Source of the DNA: Smithella sp. SCADC
GTDB lineage: Bacteria > Desulfobacterota > Syntrophia > Syntrophales > Smithellaceae
Reading direction: 5' to 3'
Length of the DNA stretch: 56,382 bases
Assembly: GCA_000747625.2 (NCBI GenBank)
Contig: JQDQ01000013.1
Coordinates: 1-56,382 of the forward strand
Shown here: piece after piece, positions 9,015 to 17,735 of the stretch
Numbering within the stretch: the first letter of the stretch is position 1
How the letters are laid out: each line of letters begins with the position of its first letter
Position numbers and translations under genes: made by a program
Notes under the pieces: model-generated
Databases searched by the model: none
What the model saw: the letters and a program-made list of their open reading frames with translations, nothing else
Told to the model about the DNA's origin: nothing

Positions 9015-10421
9015 CTACCTGCCCAGCCAGCAATGCAAACATAACTGGTCTGCCGGAAGTCCTATCGCCGCAATCATATCCTCAATCGCCAGATATTTCA
9101 GTGAAGTAATGTTCAAGTCACGACGAATCCAATCAATCATTTGGGCATGTTTAGCCGATTTGGTATCCAGGTACTCTTCCGGATTTTCAATTTCTTTTCC
9201 TTCCAGCGCGCGAATTGCTTTGCGGCCGGCCAACTCCGCCGTCGTTCTTGTAGAAGACGCGTAAATACAGGGAAACATTAAGGGCGGACAAGCAGGTCGA
9301 ATATGAATTTCTTTAGCGCCGTTGTCCCACAATTTCTTGACGGTTAAGTTTTTCAACTGCGTGCCGCGAACGATGGAATCGTCGCAAACAACTATGCGAT
9401 TGCCTTTAATCACTTCCCGCACCGCGCACAGCTTCATCGTGGCCACAAGGTCTCTTATTTCCTGCGCAGGCGGCGTATAACTACGACCGTAACCGGGAGT
9501 ATATTTTACCAGCACTCTTCTATAGGGCAGGCCCGATCCCATCGCATAACCTATGGCATGACCGACACCGGAATCAGGAATACCGGAAACAAGGTCCGCC
9601 TGAACATTATCACGTTTTGCCAGGTAGATGCCGCATCTTTCTCTTGTCCCCTCCACTCTGATACCTTCGTAAGCGGATGACGGATAACCGGTATATATCC
9701 ACAAAAATGCACAAATTTTCTTTTCAGTGCCTTCGGGCTTCATTAATTTTACGCCTTCCGGCGTTAGCAGCACTATTTCTCCCGGTCCCAGGAATTTTAT
9801 TAACTCATAGCCAAGATTTTCAAAAGAGCTCGCTTCGGTAGCCACAACATAAGATTTTTTTTCTTTCCGGCTTTTATTTATACCAATGGATAAAGGAAAA
9901 CGGCCATATTTATCCCGGGCTGCGTATATCCCTTCCGTAGTCAATATCAGCGCGCAAATAGAACCCTCAATTACACCACGCATGGAGGCAATACCTTCCA
10001 CAATATTATTCCCGCGGTTAATAAGGGACGCCACAATTTCCGCGTTACTTACGCCGCCACCGGCCATTTCGCCGAAGGAAGCGCCCTCATTAAGAAGTTC
10101 ATTTGCCAGTTTAGCCTTATTTGTTATCAGCCCGGATGCCGCGACAGCATAAACACCAAATTTTGAATGAAAAACCAGTGGCTGGGGCGTTTCATCGTCA
10201 ATCGCTCCAATACCATAACACCCTTCCATTTTTTTGTAGTCTTCAACGAATCGGGATTTAAACTGAGCCTGAGATATACTGTGGACGGTTTTGTAAAAAC
10301 CTTTTGGTCCCCATACCGCCATACCGCCACTTTCAGTTCCTAAATGCGAATGGTAATCAGTTCCGTAAAAAAGCGTCTGGACACAATTTTCCGATGATAC
10401 AATTCCAAAAATGCCACCCAT
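9015..10421 (-). CDS. Amidophosphoribosyltransferase-like protein (PurF family) lacking the N-terminal nucleophile Cys
   Basis: 468 aa. The PRPP-binding loop VVCDDSIVRGTQ and PurF-like blocks CAFLWIYTGYPSS and PACPPLMFPCIY are present. The N-terminus is MGGIFGIV instead of (M)CGIxGI. A GAGGAG Shine-Dalgarno 8 nt upstream supports this ATG. Confidence 0.8.
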   Translation of the reverse strand: MGGIFGIVSSENCVQTLFYGTDYHSHLGTESGGMAVWGPKGFYKTVHSISQAQFKSRFVEDYKKMEGCYGIGAIDDETPQPLVFHSKFGVYAVAASGLITNKAKLANELLNEGASFGEMAGGGVSNAEIVASLINRGNNIVEGIASMRGVIEGSICALILTTEGIYAARDKYGRFPLSIGINKSRKEKKSYVVATEASSFENLGYELIKFLGPGEIVLLTPEGVKLMKPEGTEKKICAFLWIYTGYPSSAYEGIRVEGTRERCGIYLAKRDNVQADLVSGIPDSGVGHAIGYAMGSGLPYRRVLVKYTPGYGRSYTPPAQEIRDLVATMKLCAVREVIKGNRIVVCDDSIVRGTQLKNLTVKKLWDNGAKEIHIRPACPPLMFPCIYASSTRTTAELAGRKAIRALEGKEIENPEEYLDTKSAKHAQMIDWIRRDLNITSLKYLAIEDMIAAIGLPADQLCLHCWLGR

Positions 10422-10437
10422 TAATTTTATCTCCTCA

Positions 10438-11631
10438 CTATTCTAATTTAGAAACAGCACCCTTAATCCGTTTTATGCCTTCTTCAATATTTTTCAAGGA
10501 AGTGGCATAAGATAAACGTATGTGGTCATCACTGCCAAATGCCACTCCGGGAACAGCGGCCACGTTTGCTTCGTCAAGCAAGTAATCAATTAATTCCGTG
10601 GAATTTGTTATTTTTCTCCCTTTGTAAGAGCGTCCATAAATGCCGGAGACATTGGGGAAGACATAAAATGCTCCTTCAGGAGAAAAACATTTTACTCCTG
10701 GAATTTGTTCGAGGGCATGGACTATATAATCCTTTCGCTTCCGGAATTCGTTCACCATTTGATCGACAATAGTCTGATCTCCGGAAAGCGCTTCCACTGC
10801 CGCTTTCTGAGCAATGGACGCCGGATTGGAAGTGTTCTGACTCTGGATCTTATTTACTGCCGCCACTATCTCTTCCGGTCCGGCAGCGTAACCGATGCGC
10901 CAACCGGTCATCGCGTAAGTTTTGGACACGCCATTAACTACTATTGTCCTGTCCTTTAACTTTGGTTCACAGGCAGCTATATTCATAAAAGGAAAGTCAG
11001 CGTAAAAGATCTTTTCGTAAATATCATCCGAAATAACCAATATATCCTTGTCCAGCAAAACTGCGGCAATGGCTTTTAATTCTTCCTGTGAATAAACCGC
11101 CCCGGTAGGATTGGAAGGACTGTTAATAATCACCGCGCGGGTATTTTTGTTTATGGCAGCCTTTAACTGTTCCGGCTTCATTTTAAAGCCGTCTTTTTCC
11201 TTCGTATCAATAATTACCGGCCGGCCTTCGGCCAGAACTACGATATCGGGATAAGAAACCCAGTACGGAGCAGGAATAATGACTTCGTCACCGGGATCAA
11301 AAAGAACCTGAGCCAGGTTATACAATGTATGTTTTGCTCCACAGGAAACAACGATTTGTGAACGTTTATATTCGAGGTCATTATCACGTTTTAATTTAGC
11401 CGCAACAGCGTCTTTCAGTTCATCCGTGCCTCCGACCGGAGTGTATTTGGTAAAACCTGCTTCAATGGCTTTAATTGCCGCATTTTTAATATTAGCCGGT
11501 GTATCAAAATCAGGTTCACCGGCTGCAAATCCGATTACATCTCTTCCCTGCGCTTTCAAGGCATTGGCTTTGGCAGTTATGGCTAAAGTTTCCGATGGCT
11601 TGATTTTCGCTACCCTCGACGATAATTTCAC
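10438..11631 (-). CDS. Aspartate/aromatic aminotransferase (PLP-dependent, class I)
   Basis: 397 aa, ...GEPDFDTP...NPSNPTG...SKTYAMTGWRIGY... (PLP lysine block SKxxxMTGWR). Confidence 0.85.
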   Translation of the reverse strand: MKLSSRVAKIKPSETLAITAKANALKAQGRDVIGFAAGEPDFDTPANIKNAAIKAIEAGFTKYTPVGGTDELKDAVAAKLKRDNDLEYKRSQIVVSCGAKHTLYNLAQVLFDPGDEVIIPAPYWVSYPDIVVLAEGRPVIIDTKEKDGFKMKPEQLKAAINKNTRAVIINSPSNPTGAVYSQEELKAIAAVLLDKDILVISDDIYEKIFYADFPFMNIAACEPKLKDRTIVVNGVSKTYAMTGWRIGYAAGPEEIVAAVNKIQSQNTSNPASIAQKAAVEALSGDQTIVDQMVNEFRKRKDYIVHALEQIPGVKCFSPEGAFYVFPNVSGIYGRSYKGRKITNSTELIDYLLDEANVAAVPGVAFGSDDHIRLSYATSLKNIEEGIKRIKGAVSKLE

Positions 11632-11634
11632 AAA

Positions 11635-12150
11635 CTACTCCTTACTTTTTTTAGTATTGAATTTATCTATCAGCTTTTGATTAACATTATCCGGTACCAG
11701 ACCTTTTACCGAACCTCCTAAACTCACCACTTCTTTGATTAACCTGGAACTTGTATAAAACCATTTAAATCCGCTCATAAGAAACACGGTTTCTATTGAT
11801 CTTGTCTGCCGGCGGTTCATCAGCGCCATCTGAAATTCATATTCAAAATCAGATAAAGCGCGCATTCCGCGCATTATTATGCTCGTACCGGAAATTTTCA
11901 AATAATCGACAAGCAATCCCGCATAGCAATCGACGCGGACTCCTTTAGTTCCGTTGAACACTTCCCGAATCATTTCCATTCTTTCTTCAACGGAGAACAA
12001 ATAAGACTTGTTGGGATTATAGGCAATGAGAACGATTATTTCGTCAAAGATATTCATTCCTCTTTTAACAAGATCCACATGGCCGTTGGTGATAGGATCA
12101 AACGAACCGGGGTATACTGCGATTCTTTTTTCATTCTTTTCTTGTGTCAT
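11635..12150 (-). CDS. coaD: Phosphopantetheine adenylyltransferase
   Basis: 171 aa, IAVYPGSFDPITNGHVDLVKRG. This is the typical CoaD T/HxGH motif and size. Confidence 0.92.
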   Translation of the reverse strand: MTQEKNEKRIAVYPGSFDPITNGHVDLVKRGMNIFDEIIVLIAYNPNKSYLFSVEERMEMIREVFNGTKGVRVDCYAGLLVDYLKISGTSIIMRGMRALSDFEYEFQMALMNRRQTRSIETVFLMSGFKWFYTSSRLIKEVVSLGGSVKGLVPDNVNQKLIDKFNTKKSKE

Positions 12151-12704
12151 TTCTTCTCCATTTTTAAAAAAGTTAGGGCATTTTCGCCATATTTCCGCTG
12201 ATCTATTTGATAGATAGTATCCTTCCCCGGCTCACTGAAATTTTCTTTTATCGAATGTTGAATTACTAATATTCCATCCTTATGGAGCACATTATGTTTG
12301 CTTAAAGCCTTCAGCGTTACGCCGGTTAAATCCCGGTTATAGGGTGGATCGGCAAAGATGATGTCAAACCCGCATTTTTTTCTAAAAAGATCATGCAGAC
12401 CGAATTCGATATCCTTGTCAATTATCCGGTAGTTACTGTCCAGAGAGCATGTCAGGATATTTTTTTTAATAACTTCAACCAGATTTTTATTCTTTTCTAC
12501 AAAACAAACATCCTGAACTCCACGACTGGCAGCTTCCAAACCGACGCTTCCCGATCCGGCGAAAAGATCAAGAAATGTTTTTCCCTGCAAAATACCCAAC
12601 AAATTAAAAAGAGCTTCTCTAAGAAAATCAGAAGTAGGCCTTTCCTTTGATCTGGAAGGGAAACTCAATGTTCTCCCCCTGGCCTCGCCTCCTGTAATTC
12701 TCAT
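12147..12704 (-). CDS. rsmD: 16S rRNA (guanine966-N2)-methyltransferase
   Basis: 185 aa, MRITGGEARGR.L..P......RPT.D..REALFN...DLFAGSG..GLEA.SRG...FADPPY. It has a 4-bp overlap with coaD. Confidence 0.85.
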   Translation of the reverse strand: MRITGGEARGRTLSFPSRSKERPTSDFLREALFNLLGILQGKTFLDLFAGSGSVGLEAASRGVQDVCFVEKNKNLVEVIKKNILTCSLDSNYRIIDKDIEFGLHDLFRKKCGFDIIFADPPYNRDLTGVTLKALSKHNVLHKDGILVIQHSIKENFSEPGKDTIYQIDQRKYGENALTFLKMEKK

Positions 12705-12748
12705 AATTTTTCACATGAATTAATTATTACTTTCTTGTTATTTTAAAA

Positions 12749-13513
12749 TTAGTGGATATTGATTTTCTTTTCTTTAGATTTTTGAATGAATTTCACTACC
12801 CACCAAATGGGACCGGAAAGAGCATATCCCAACATAATCACAAAAAACATCAACTCCGGCTCCGCTACTATGATAATTGATAAAACGACCAACCAGAAAA
12901 ATATTGTGAATGGTTTCCGCACAAGGAGCTTCATATCTTTGAAGCTGTAATATTTGATACTGCTGACCATCAATAGCGACAAGATAATTACAAATATAAT
13001 TATAAAAATATTATGGAACTTCCCTTCCACTCCGATATAATCGCTACTGAAGAAAATTACGGTGGTGGCCACAACCGAAGCCGCCGCCGGAATGGGCAGG
13101 CCGTTAAATACGCTGCTTTCAATTATACCGATTTGGATGTTATATCGGGCTAATCTCAGAGCGCCACAGAGAACAAACAGAAAGGCGACAATCCATCCCC
13201 ATTTGCCGTAAATAGACATGGCCCATGAATAAGCTAAAAGAGACGGTGCCACACCAAAAGCTATCACGTCGGCCAGGGAATCATATTCGGCGCCGAACTT
13301 GGAAGTCGTATTCGTAAGGCGGGCAATCCGGCCATCTAAACCATCAAAAACAACGGAAAATAAAATAGCAATAGATGCCGGCACGAAATGCTCTTTAAAA
13401 GAAGCAATAATAGAATAAAACCCACAAAATAAGCTGGCCGAGGTGAAAAGATTCGGCAGTATATAAATCCCTTTTTTCATCCGCATTTTTTGGGGTGAAT
13501 TTTCTGTATTCAT
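12749..13513 (-). CDS. pssA: CDP-diacylglycerol--serine O-phosphatidyltransferase
   Basis: 254 aa. The CDP-alcohol phosphatidyltransferase motif is DGLDGRIARL....FGAEYDSLAD. It is multi-TM and ATGA-coupled to psd. Confidence 0.85.
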   Translation of the reverse strand: MNTENSPQKMRMKKGIYILPNLFTSASLFCGFYSIIASFKEHFVPASIAILFSVVFDGLDGRIARLTNTTSKFGAEYDSLADVIAFGVAPSLLAYSWAMSIYGKWGWIVAFLFVLCGALRLARYNIQIGIIESSVFNGLPIPAAASVVATTVIFFSSDYIGVEGKFHNIFIIIFVIILSLLMVSSIKYYSFKDMKLLVRKPFTIFFWLVVLSIIIVAEPELMFFVIMLGYALSGPIWWVVKFIQKSKEKKINIH

Positions 13514-14151
13514 GACAAATATCCTAAGACTGTTTCGCCTGCTTTAACTTTATCTTTCAATTTTACTGAAATTCGAGAATCATCGGGCAAATAGACATCA
13601 ACCCGTGAACCAAAACGAATTAATCCTACCCGCTCGCCTTTTTTAACAATTGTACCCACGTTGACCCAGCAGACAATACGACGGGCGATAAGACCGGCTA
13701 TCTGCACCATCCATAGAGAACGTCCGTCTTCGGTACGAATCATAATTTCATTGCGTTCATTATCAAGCGAAGCCTTATCTAAATTAGCAGAAAAGAATTT
13801 CCCCTCATGGTAATTAATTGCCTCTATTTGACCCGAATACGGAGCACGATTGACATGGACATTAAAAACATTCATGAAAATACTGATTTTTTTAAATTTC
13901 CCCGAAATAGTCCCATTTACTTCGACATTTTCTATTTTGATTATTTTACCATCGGCAGGAGAAATTAATACTTTTTCCTCGTCCTGAAAATATCTATCCG
14001 GATTGCGGAAAAACCAGATAATAAAAAATGTAATAAATGCAAATAAAATTGTCAGCCAGCCAATACCGAAAAATGCAATAAATACAGTAGTGACCAGAGA
14101 TAAAACGATAAATGGATAACCACCACGAGCAATTACACTATCATGTTTCAT
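13510..14151 (-). CDS. psd: Phosphatidylserine decarboxylase proenzyme (short, PssA-coupled type)
   Basis: The track ORF (13510..14208) was trimmed to the ATG at 14149-14151 (MKHDSVIARGGYPFI...). C-terminal blocks RFGSRVDVYLP and GETVLG resemble the Psd family with a GS(T/R) cleavage site. Confidence 0.8.
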   Translation of the reverse strand: MKHDSVIARGGYPFIVLSLVTTVFIAFFGIGWLTILFAFITFFIIWFFRNPDRYFQDEEKVLISPADGKIIKIENVEVNGTISGKFKKISIFMNVFNVHVNRAPYSGQIEAINYHEGKFFSANLDKASLDNERNEIMIRTEDGRSLWMVQIAGLIARRIVCWVNVGTIVKKGERVGLIRFGSRVDVYLPDDSRISVKLKDKVKAGETVLGYLS

Positions 14152-14408
14152 AAAGCATTTATCTTTTCTTATTAACTGATTGCATTTAACATGATACCGG
14201 GGCAGCAAATATAAGATTTCGCTATAAACGGCTCAGCATTAAATGAGCGTTTTTTGTTATATCAATTGAGTGTTCTTGTCAATAAATCTTTAATTTTTAT
14301 ACAAAAACAAATCAAACCAACCATTTGTTTACCCTTGCATACATTGGTTATATTTTATATAGTAAAGACCATTCTAAATCAATGATTTATCTTCGCCGGC
14401 TATTGGCT

Positions 14409-14753
14409 ATGCAAAAAATAAAAATCGAAGATATTGGCGATTTGTTGTCCCTGAATGGTGACAGACAAAGTTTCCGTCACGACGTTCTGACTATCACCAG
14501 GGAACACTGGCCACCGTCTTCAAATTTAAACAATAAGATTCCCCAAGACGTCGCCCTCTTTTTGAGGCCTGCTCCGTTTATGCAATCCGATAATCCACAA
14601 ATAAAAGCACAACAGCTTCTGCAGCAATTTGCTCTTGCGGATTGGGCTGACGAATTGATTGAAGCTTATTCACACGGAATGAAGCAAAGGCTCATTATTG
14701 CTTCCGCTCTGTTACATGATCCCCGAATATTGATTATTTTTAACCATAATTAA
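14409..14753 (+). pseudogene. Decayed ABC-transporter ATP-binding gene (signature region retained; Walker A and Walker B lost)
   Basis: ...QQLLQQFALADWADELIEAYSHGMKQRLIIASALLHDPRILIIFNHN* matches the ABC Q-loop to signature segment (YS.GMKQRL..A.AL.HDP..LI.DEP). It ends where the Walker B DEP should be. No GxxGxGKT lies upstream. Confidence 0.6.
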
Positions 14754-14862
14754 AGAAAATACTTTTATCAGTATCGCATACTTTAATGGTTTTTCTAAAT
14801 CGCAGACAACGCCAAAGCGACTTTTTGCGCCGGTTAAATACAAAGGTTATAACTGGGAAAGT

Positions 14863-15099
14863 TTGCTGAATTTTCTTCCGCGGGAATCAAAAGCTTTTGC
14901 GGTTAAGGAAATCCGTACTTTTTTCAGGGACTCAGCACAATGGCCGCAATTATTTCTAATGGCTGATATACGCACTCAGAGTATTTCTTTACTGCAATTA
15001 ACCTGGTCGGTTATTTCCTTTGTCTTTGCTTTTTCGCTCTGTCTGCTTGCCATATTTTATCCAATTTATCTCGGTGAAAAAAAACTAAGAATCAGATGA
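14863..15099 (+). pseudogene. Possible remnant of the cognate ABC exporter permease
   Basis: The open frame (extendable to 14734) reads ...LLNFLPRESKAFAVKEIRTFFRDSAQWPQLFLM... followed by one TM-like segment. K[ED][IL]R.FFRD..QW.QL resembles a conserved block of multi-TM putative ABC exporter permeases. Only about 80-120 codons are present. Confidence 0.35.
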
Positions 15100-15230
15100 A
15101 CGATTTTACTTCAACCTTCCAGTAACACTTCGAACCTTCCATTGAAAGATTAATTTTAAAGACTTAAAATTATCTTGATTTTACCTAGCAAAAAAGCTAC
15201 ATATAATGTGTATTAAAATTAAATTTACTA

Positions 15231-15277
15231 AGATTTCTCGCAGAGTATAATCCCGCGTATGCGGGACTCGAAATGAC
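15231..15277. repeat. Family A repeat, copy c (solo right arm with an internal hairpin)
   Basis: agatttctcgcagagtataatcccgcgtatgcgggactcgaaatgac. It shares the agatttctc...tcgaaatgac ends with copies b and d. The inner palindrome is tcccgc-gtat-gcggga. No left arm was found. Confidence 0.55.
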
Positions 15278-15357
15278 ATCAGTGTGAAGCCATTACTGAA
15301 ACATTACACCAGCTATAATTGGTTATGAAACAGTAAATTAAGATCATCGGGAGAAGA

Positions 15358-15897
15358 ATGGAAAAAATCTGCATCGTAAAAAGACGGCGAGAACAAGCTC
15401 AACCGGATGTTAAATTTAAACCTGCACCGCCGGATAATATAATTAATATTCTTCCATCTCCAGTTGCAAAAAGCGACACCACTACCGGTAACCAATCTCA
15501 ACTATCCCCTCATAAAAAAATAGTAGAAGAGTTTATGGACGATTCCTCGTCCGTCATTTCCATTATTATGACAAAAGAGCAGTCCGCATTACTACAACAG
15601 TCGGAATACATAAAAGAATTATTAGGAGGGGCAAAGAAAGATCCGTCACTGGACATAAAAATCAATCATGATGGCCAATTGGCTCTTAATTTTCGTTATA
15701 ATGAATCAATTCTGTTAAGAATGCTTTGTTCTGATCAGGTCTGTCAAATACTTCAAATCAGCAAAAGCTTCCTACAGAAACTTGTTAATGAAAAAAAACT
15801 GAACAGCTATAAACTTGGCAGGATGAGACGCTTTTTACTGGAAGACATTCTGGAGTATTTGAGTAATGACGAAGAATTCGCACAACTTAAAAAATAA
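15358..15897 (+). CDS. Excisionase/MerR-type helix-turn-helix (HTH_17-like) DNA-binding protein, function unknown
   Basis: 179 aa. C-terminal MLCSDQVCQILQISKSFLQKLVNEKKLNSYKLGRMRRFLLEDILEYL resembles excisionase-family HTH domains. The N-terminal 100 aa are low-complexity and unassigned. A GGGAGA Shine-Dalgarno precedes the ATG. Confidence 0.6.
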   Translation: MEKICIVKRRREQAQPDVKFKPAPPDNIINILPSPVAKSDTTTGNQSQLSPHKKIVEEFMDDSSSVISIIMTKEQSALLQQSEYIKELLGGAKKDPSLDIKINHDGQLALNFRYNESILLRMLCSDQVCQILQISKSFLQKLVNEKKLNSYKLGRMRRFLLEDILEYLSNDEEFAQLKK

Positions 15898-15971
15898 CGA
15901 TTACTTATTTAATTATTTAACATTGAATGGTAAATTATCTTTATTTTATATAGTTTATTAGGAGAATACAG

Positions 15972-17705
15972 ATGTACTGCGAATATTGGAATCTGAATAA
16001 ACCGCCTTTCGATAATGTTCCTGATTCTTCAATGTATGTAGACTGTCATGAATCCATGGAAGATGTCATTTCTGAGACAATTTTTGCTATCAAGGAAGGC
16101 AATGAATGTTTCGCTGTTATTGTAGGCGATGTGGGCGTAGGCAAAACTCTTTCTTTGCGAATTATAATTGACTCACTGGAACCGGAAAAATATAAGGTCG
16201 CGTTAATCACCAATCCCTCTCTTTCCTTCATACAACTGTTAAGAGAAATTATCGGACAAATAACCGGCAAACAATGTCAAGAAACAACGAAAGTTGATTT
16301 GCTGGAAATATTCAATCGTCTTTTATTTGAAACAAATGATCAGGGTAAAAAGATCGTAATTGTTATTGATGAATCCAATGTTCTATCTTCCCGGAATCTT
16401 GACGATCTGCGCCTTTTAACCAATATGCAGGATGATGATCGCAATCTCTTCACATTGATTCTTGCCGGTCAGATGGAACTTGCACAAAAATTAGAACATC
16501 CTAAAAGGGCCAATTTATTTCAACGGGTCGGCACTTATGGCCATATAGAAAAACTGCCTTCAGAGGAAACTGTTCAGACTTACATTGAATCGAGACTCAG
16601 GCTGGCCGGGACTCAGGAAAAGATATTTGCAGATGACGCCATTCCTGTAATTTGGGAATTTTCTGAACATGGCGTTCCCCGTCTTATTAACAAAATTTGT
16701 AAACTTTGTTTGAAAGCAGGAGAAACAAACGAATTTAAGATGATATCCGGCGAAATTGCCTCGCAAATAGCCGACCGTTTCCAAAAATTAAGCAAATTTT
16801 CTTTTCAAAAACACAAAACACAGAGCCCTCCGGAAATTGAACTGCCTCAAGAAAATATTCCTGAACAACCGGAAGTCTTAGCCGTTGAAAAGAAAGTGGT
16901 ACCCTCAGACGAGCCGGAAGTTAAAGAGTTGAAGAAAAAACCTAAATCTTCAACTCCCAGGAAAGCTGCATCTAAAGTAAAAGCTTCTTTAAAACCTATT
17001 CCTTCCCAACCGGAAGCTACAACTGCCGAAACTGAAGCAGCTTCTCCAACGCAGGCTCCTTCAGTATCTGTTCCTCCTGAACCGGAAATCATTGCCGTAG
17101 AAGAGAAAGTGGTGCCTATCGTAGAGGTTTCTTCAACGCCTGTTCCGTCCCGGCTGGATACTACGACTGATGAAACTATAGCACTACCTCCAAAACAAGC
17201 GACGGCAGTCCCCCTTTCTTCTCAACCGGAAGTCGTTCCCTTTGAAAAGAAAGTTATACCACCCTTAAGAGCTTCCGCAGAAGATATTCCTCTTCAAGGA
17301 AAAGCGAAGGCTGCTGAATCAAAGGTCGTACCTCTGGCACGCACATCCACAACTTATGTTCCGCTTCAACAAGAAGCTAAGGTTGTTGAAACAAAAACAG
17401 TACCTCCGATACAAGCTTCTTCAACTCCAGAAACAAATGAAGAACAGCCGATAATAGCTGAACAAGAGGTTTATGAAGAGGTATTAATCGGCAAACAGAA
17501 AGTTAAAATGTCGATTCCTGATAATGTTATACGACAGGCAAAACTGGCAAATACCGAAAGTAAAAACAAACTGGCCGGATATTGGTCAGCGCAAGTAATT
17601 AAAGAAAATCCGCATGTCATGCATTCACCGCTTATTGATCCGGTTTCCATTTGGTTTGAAATCAAAAGTGTTATTTTAAACAAGTTCAACGGCACCTCGT
17701 ATTAA
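15972..17705 (+). CDS. ExeA/GspA/MshM-like AAA+ ATPase with a long repetitive Pro/Glu/Val-rich C-terminal extension
   Basis: 577 aa. N-terminal block FDNVPDSSMYVDCHESMEDV...AVIVGDVGVGKTLSL (Walker A), VIVIDESN (Walker B) and HGVPRLINKICKLCL are typical of ExeA-type ATPases. Residues of about 290-500 carry degenerate repeats ([PQ]PE[VI].A.E.KVVP). No TM segment was seen. Confidence 0.75.
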   Translation: MYCEYWNLNKPPFDNVPDSSMYVDCHESMEDVISETIFAIKEGNECFAVIVGDVGVGKTLSLRIIIDSLEPEKYKVALITNPSLSFIQLLREIIGQITGKQCQETTKVDLLEIFNRLLFETNDQGKKIVIVIDESNVLSSRNLDDLRLLTNMQDDDRNLFTLILAGQMELAQKLEHPKRANLFQRVGTYGHIEKLPSEETVQTYIESRLRLAGTQEKIFADDAIPVIWEFSEHGVPRLINKICKLCLKAGETNEFKMISGEIASQIADRFQKLSKFSFQKHKTQSPPEIELPQENIPEQPEVLAVEKKVVPSDEPEVKELKKKPKSSTPRKAASKVKASLKPIPSQPEATTAETEAASPTQAPSVSVPPEPEIIAVEEKVVPIVEVSSTPVPSRLDTTTDETIALPPKQATAVPLSSQPEVVPFEKKVIPPLRASAEDIPLQGKAKAAESKVVPLARTSTTYVPLQQEAKVVETKTVPPIQASSTPETNEEQPIIAEQEVYEEVLIGKQKVKMSIPDNVIRQAKLANTESKNKLAGYWSAQVIKENPHVMHSPLIDPVSIWFEIKSVILNKFNGTSY

Positions 17706-17735
17706 AAATGAGGCTATGAAATAGTTATTAAATCT

